The notes beneath the pieces were generated by a model. It did no database searches, was not told the origin of the DNA, and saw nothing but the letters and a program-made list of their open reading frames with translations. From NCBI GenBank assembly GCA_951813285.1, contig OX638355.1, positions 2,373,136 to 2,437,135 on the forward strand: a DNA stretch of 64,000 nucleotides, written 5' to 3'. This DNA is from Terriglobia bacterium (GTDB lineage Bacteria; Acidobacteriota; Terriglobia; Versatilivoradales; Versatilivoraceae). Positions 60,801 to 64,000 of the stretch are shown here, in pieces (positions within the stretch are counted from its first letter, which is position 1; every line of letters starts with the position of its first letter). Position numbers and translations under genes: made by a program.

Positions 60801-61572
60801 TGATATCGTTGACACGGAGCAGGTTCTGCCTGGCCTGCTCCAGCTTCGAGGCGGCCAGCTTGCGCTTGACCTTGAATTTGGTGACCCCCGCCGCCTCCTC
60901 GATGATGGCCCGTCGATCCGAGGGTTTGGAGCTGAGGATCAGGCCGACCCGGTCCTGCTCGATCAGCGCATAGGAATCCGGCCCCAGTCCGGTTCCCAGG
61001 AACACTTCCTGAACGTCCCGCAGTCGGACCCTCCGTCCGTCGAGCAGGTACTCGCTCTCTCCCGAACGAAAAAGGCGCCGGGATACCACCAGCTCACCCG
61101 GTTTGGCCGGCGTCTTGGTTCGCCTTCTCTTCCTTTTTCTGGAATCTGAGACCGGTTTGACCTCAAAGGGAGCAGGCCGGACGGAACCTTCGATTCTTGC
61201 CTCACCCTTGGGCATGGAGCCGTCGCGGCCGGCTTCCCGGTCATCGCCGGCCGGAGCCGCCTGGGGGGAGGAGGCGGCGGTTGAAAGCACTTGCTCGGCC
61301 CTCTCCGGATCGAACAGAACCACGCTGACCTCGGCCAGCCCCAGGGGCAGCCGGGAGCGGGTACCGTTGAAAATGACGTCCTGCATTCGCCCGCCGCGGA
61401 GGGTCCGGGCGCTCTGCTCCCCCAATACCCAGGCGATGGCATCCGAGATGTTGCTCTTGCCGCAGCCGTTGGGTCCCACAATGGCTGCTATGCCGGATCC
61501 GTCAAAGGTCAGTTCGGTTTTGTCGGCGAAGGATTTGAATCCTTGAATCTGAATTTGCTTCAGTTTCAGCAA
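57808..61572 (-). CDS. smc: Chromosome partition protein SMC.
   Basis: 1254 aa. Walker A 'GPNGCGKSNISDAIAWVLGEQS', long coiled coils, C-terminal 'LSGGEKALTAIALLLAIF' signature and Walker B. Confidence 0.95.
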   Translation of the reverse strand: MLKLKQIQIQGFKSFADKTELTFDGSGIAAIVGPNGCGKSNISDAIAWVLGEQSARTLRGGRMQDVIFNGTRSRLPLGLAEVSVVLFDPERAEQVLSTAASSPQAAPAGDDREAGRDGSMPKGEARIEGSVRPAPFEVKPVSDSRKRKRRRTKTPAKPGELVVSRRLFRSGESEYLLDGRRVRLRDVQEVFLGTGLGPDSYALIEQDRVGLILSSKPSDRRAIIEEAAGVTKFKVKRKLAASKLEQARQNLLRVNDITEEVSRQLDALKRQAAKARRYRELSLEARNLSRSLFSARARRLKAQLSQVSEKFEQFQDQVDRKQRFIDEREAHFRRENDALFEAETALKGQREQLSRLQMENQRDQQTIQHQKDRFDQLGVRSRENALELQLLKEQEEQYQVQAREHRQSLQEVTRQFDRLEEQYDARNREQELRQNKLGELEVSGDRLRSEQLELLGRATTLGSAVIQLEEHEKQLGLQSVRLENEHKQASRDRRNLADTRESAGSRHTREETRLRELAGRVEALSVEVNREREQLVRARQKVAEKREELSAQDQRLQSLKELAAHHAYSAESVRTLLSVADRSRGAEFRTHGILADLVEVDTEHERTVEQFVRQELEFLLVDSTSNAREGIDLLRKSGSGRSTFLVAGNGASDPAADTLDVLIQDLAARDPRLIPMSRVIRVPPRHRQGLRSALPHLFHSLIAPGYQAALEIAQAHPKLTVLTPQGEAFRGQLISGGSGDQRGHLSLKREIRELDRRLESARRDLLLLDERFQDLDRSVQAREQELTRVNRQVQELEKELVGSNHRLETLAGELERLSHREREVSGEIRNLAQERSEIDQRLLQSRSEITRAAARKTEVDQSIDSIQADWRRLRDEWLHHSQQLSQVGSELAACGERKLATEADRERVQASLQDCLQRGTRLNAQREEWTAQSLEIQTSVRQLEKTVFNRAVKRASLEAEIRIGEGRMEASRRVQAQLEEELQGWRLELDELRNRRTQTEVERARLASDHSHLEESCRQELGETLESLQVEEAGEFNQEDYRQSEERYLRLRNRLDSMGPVNMMALEEFQECEQRFDFLNRQRQDLLDSIEDTSTAIREIDEVSCEQFQQAFDAVNLNFRESFRELFGGGRGEMKLLDPQDPLETGIEIVAQPPGKRLQNVLLLSGGEKALTAIALLLAIFSYQPSPFCVLDEVDAPLDDVNLGRYSQKIKSMSGETQFVLITHSKRTMEAADALFGVTMEEAGVSKLVSVRMN

Positions 61573-61833
61573 TAGGAAGGCACCCTCAATGGCTTACCGG
61601 CAACTGCAGCCATTGGATGTGACGGGGTCGAGAAAAGGTAGGGTCTCATGCTGACCCGGCGAGTGTAACACGGATCCGCAACCAGTGCAAAGCACCCTGG
61701 AAAAGACTCGCCTGTATTGACTTATCGGTGAACGGCGGTCTATTCTAGCCGCGGAAACGGACCTGGGACGAGGTCGTGACCGGGCAGGCCTGCGCCGCCG
61801 CCGGGCTGCGACGGCTCGACGGAGATTTCACCC

Positions 61834-63225
61834 ATGCTGCGGCTTTCCAACACCCTTTCCGGGAGGGTCGAGCCCTTTCGACCGCTGGAGCCCCACCAGG
61901 CGAAAATGTACACCTGCGGCCCGACGGTGTACGACTTTGTCCACATCGGAAACCTGAGGACCTTCGTCTTCCAGGACGTTCTGAAGCGCTATCTGCGGCA
62001 CAAGGGCTTTCGGGTCTTTCACGTCATGAACATCACCGACGTCGACGACAAGACTATCCGGAATTCGGAGGCGCAGACCATCGCTCAGCTCAGAACGTTT
62101 ACGGACCATTTTACCCGGGCCTTTTTCGAGGACTGCGACCGGCTGGGCATCGAGAAACCCGATCGGGCCGTTCATGCGACCGATCACATCGATGACATGG
62201 TGTCTCTGATCCGGCAACTGCAGTCCGGAGGCTACACCTACGAGAAAGACGGCTCGATCTATTTCCGGATTGAAGCCTTCGGGGACTACGGGAAGCTGGC
62301 CAAGCTCGACTGGGAGGGAATCCAGGTGGGCGCCCGGGTGGATGTGGACGAATACGACAAGCAGGATGCGCGGGACTTCGTCTTGTGGAAGGCTCCCAAG
62401 AACGGGGAACCTCGCTGGGAGACCCCCCTGGGTCCCGGTCGGCCTGGATGGCACATCGAATGTTCAGCCATGAGCATGAAATATCTGGGTGAAACCTTCG
62501 ACCTGCATTGCGGCGCGGTGGATCTCATCTTTCCCCACCACGAGAACGAGATTGCTCAAAGCGAGGCCGCCACCGCCAAGCCGTTCGTGCGCTACTGGGT
62601 CCACGGGGAGCATCTCATCGTGGACGGCGAGAAGATGTCCAAGTCCAAGGGCAACTTCTTCACCCTCCGGGACCTGCTGGAGAAAGGGATCCAGCCCGGG
62701 GCCATCCGCTACGCTTTGCAGAGCGTTCCCTATAAGCGTCAACTCAACTTCACCATGGATGCGGTACAGCAAGCCGGGGCCTCGCTCCAGCGGCTGCAGG
62801 ACTTCAAGCATCGGATCGAGACCGAGTCATTGCCGAGGGGCGCCAGTCCCGAACTCCAGTCAGGCTGCAAGGCGGTTGTGGAGAAGTTCGAGGAAGCCAT
62901 GGATCAGGACCTCAACACGGCCCAGGCCCTGGCGGCCATCTTCGACTGGGTCCGTGAGGTCAACACCGCCCTGGCTGCGGGCCGGGTCCATGACGGCGAC
63001 AGCTCCGCGATTCTGGCCACCATGGAAACGCTCAACCGGGTCCTGCCGCTGTGGGAGTCCGGGGAATCCGGTCTGGACCCCCAAATTCAAGGCCTGATCG
63101 AGCAGCGCAGCCGGGCGCGGCAGGCCCGAGACTTCGCCCTGGCGGATGAGCTCCGCGACCGGATTTTCGACCTGGGCTACCTGGTCGAAGACACCAGGGA
63201 AGGCGTCCGCTGGAAGAAACGATAG
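61834..63225 (+). CDS. cysS: Cysteine--tRNA ligase.
   Basis: 'MYTCGPTVYDFVHIGNLR', KMSKS 'KMSKSKGN'. Confidence 0.95.
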   Translation: MLRLSNTLSGRVEPFRPLEPHQAKMYTCGPTVYDFVHIGNLRTFVFQDVLKRYLRHKGFRVFHVMNITDVDDKTIRNSEAQTIAQLRTFTDHFTRAFFEDCDRLGIEKPDRAVHATDHIDDMVSLIRQLQSGGYTYEKDGSIYFRIEAFGDYGKLAKLDWEGIQVGARVDVDEYDKQDARDFVLWKAPKNGEPRWETPLGPGRPGWHIECSAMSMKYLGETFDLHCGAVDLIFPHHENEIAQSEAATAKPFVRYWVHGEHLIVDGEKMSKSKGNFFTLRDLLEKGIQPGAIRYALQSVPYKRQLNFTMDAVQQAGASLQRLQDFKHRIETESLPRGASPELQSGCKAVVEKFEEAMDQDLNTAQALAAIFDWVREVNTALAAGRVHDGDSSAILATMETLNRVLPLWESGESGLDPQIQGLIEQRSRARQARDFALADELRDRIFDLGYLVEDTREGVRWKKR

Positions 63226-63282
63226 GACCGGTCCGGCCGCAGGCCGGCAACGCCCCGCCCCAGGCGACGGAGCGGATCATAC

Positions 63283-63950
63283 AGGGTGAAACAGGGGTGT
63301 TCCTGACAAGTTCCGCCCCCGCCGTACCGGGCGGATCATACGAGAGTGGAACTAACGAATCTTCATGTCCTATCGGGAATAAGAGCCATGTCTTGCTAAA
63401 CCGGTTTTCTACTAATTGAACATGGATGTACAGGATAGACAGGATAAACAGCCAGCCGTTTTGGTTTTGGAAATGAAGACGAACCACCAATGAACACGAA
63501 CGGGCCCGAATAGGGATGGAGTTCCTTCAATGACGAGCGGCGCCCAGGTGCTTCTGCAATATTGTGACGTGGGTGTCACGGCGTCAGGGGAGAATGCCCC
63601 CCCGGGAGCGCGGGCGTCCCGCCCGCAACCTTATTGGTGCAAACAGCCTGCGATGCAGGGCCACTTCCTCGCACAGTGCACCAGACCCGCCATTGTGGGG
63701 ATCGTTACAATGGTGCCAAGTCGTGTGCGGGCGAGACGCCCGCGCTCCCGGGTGGGTCGTCCCGATGGTGCGATGGAGGGCATCCGGCGGGCGAATTCTC
63801 TGAAAGCCGACGGTCGCCTTCTGGAAAACTCCCGTTTGTCCGCGAGCCCAGCCCCACAGCCGCCAAGGCGGCGGTAGCACTTAGCCGTGGGCGTCAGCCG
63901 GGCGAAGCCATTGGATCGGGTTGGCTTAAGAGTTGAGCCGCGTAGGCGGC
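63283..63950 (-). repeat. Inverted copy of the composite element, in the order A', P, R body (63480-63840) and an inverted Q repeat (63855-63950). The L leader is missing.
   Basis: Reverse complement of 63480-63840 aligns with 43660-44040. 63365-63465 is a P copy. 63855-63950 is a Q copy. Confidence 0.7.
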
Positions 63951-64000
63951 GACAGCAGCCATCCGTGAGCGTGAGCGGTTTCCAGGATAAGATAGCAGGG

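Overview
High-GC bacterial chromosome segment, most likely Acidobacteria. Core-gene content and a giant secreted protein that combines a 'VWFA-related Acidobacterial domain' region with pentapeptide repeats point to that phylum. The window splits into two parts.

(1) ~1–22.1 kb is accessory and mosaic. It holds a GNAT acetyltransferase, a secreted FG-GAP repeat protein, and two IS elements with identifiable terminal inverted repeats (a 19-bp-TIR element with an IS5/IS1182-like DDE transposase, and a DDE_Tnp_1 element with 'GAGCCTTTTGCAAAATTCG' TIRs). A decayed integration hotspot carries a frameshifted P4-type tyrosine integrase, an extra integrase 3' fragment and a tRNA-Lys(CUU) 3' fragment. 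Cargo genes include an 1181-aa tandem-repeat solenoid protein, a T5orf172/GIY-YIG-like protein with a convergent possible PD-(D/E)xK protein, and a lipoprotein. Two copies of a ~280-bp repeat each contain a solitary type I-E-like CRISPR repeat.

(2) ~22.1–63.2 kb is conserved core: lytic transglycosylase, recX-alaS, ilvE, leuS-lptE-holA, hemH, mtnA, gatB, a CtpA-type protease, tatA-tatC, a sensor kinase, CIRCE-groES-groEL, cvpA, purC, smc and cysS. It also carries a bufferin/methanobactin-like RiPP cluster: a 12-Cys precursor with an internal tandem duplication, a DUF692 MbnB-like protein and a DUF2063 MbnC-like protein.

Several families of near-identical non-coding repeats (MITE-like, ~50–640 bp) sit in intergenic gaps between core genes, for example after mtnA, tatC and cysS.

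No rRNA genes, intact tRNA genes or multi-repeat CRISPR arrays were found. Many long overlapping or antisense ORFs in the supplied track are high-GC artefacts.
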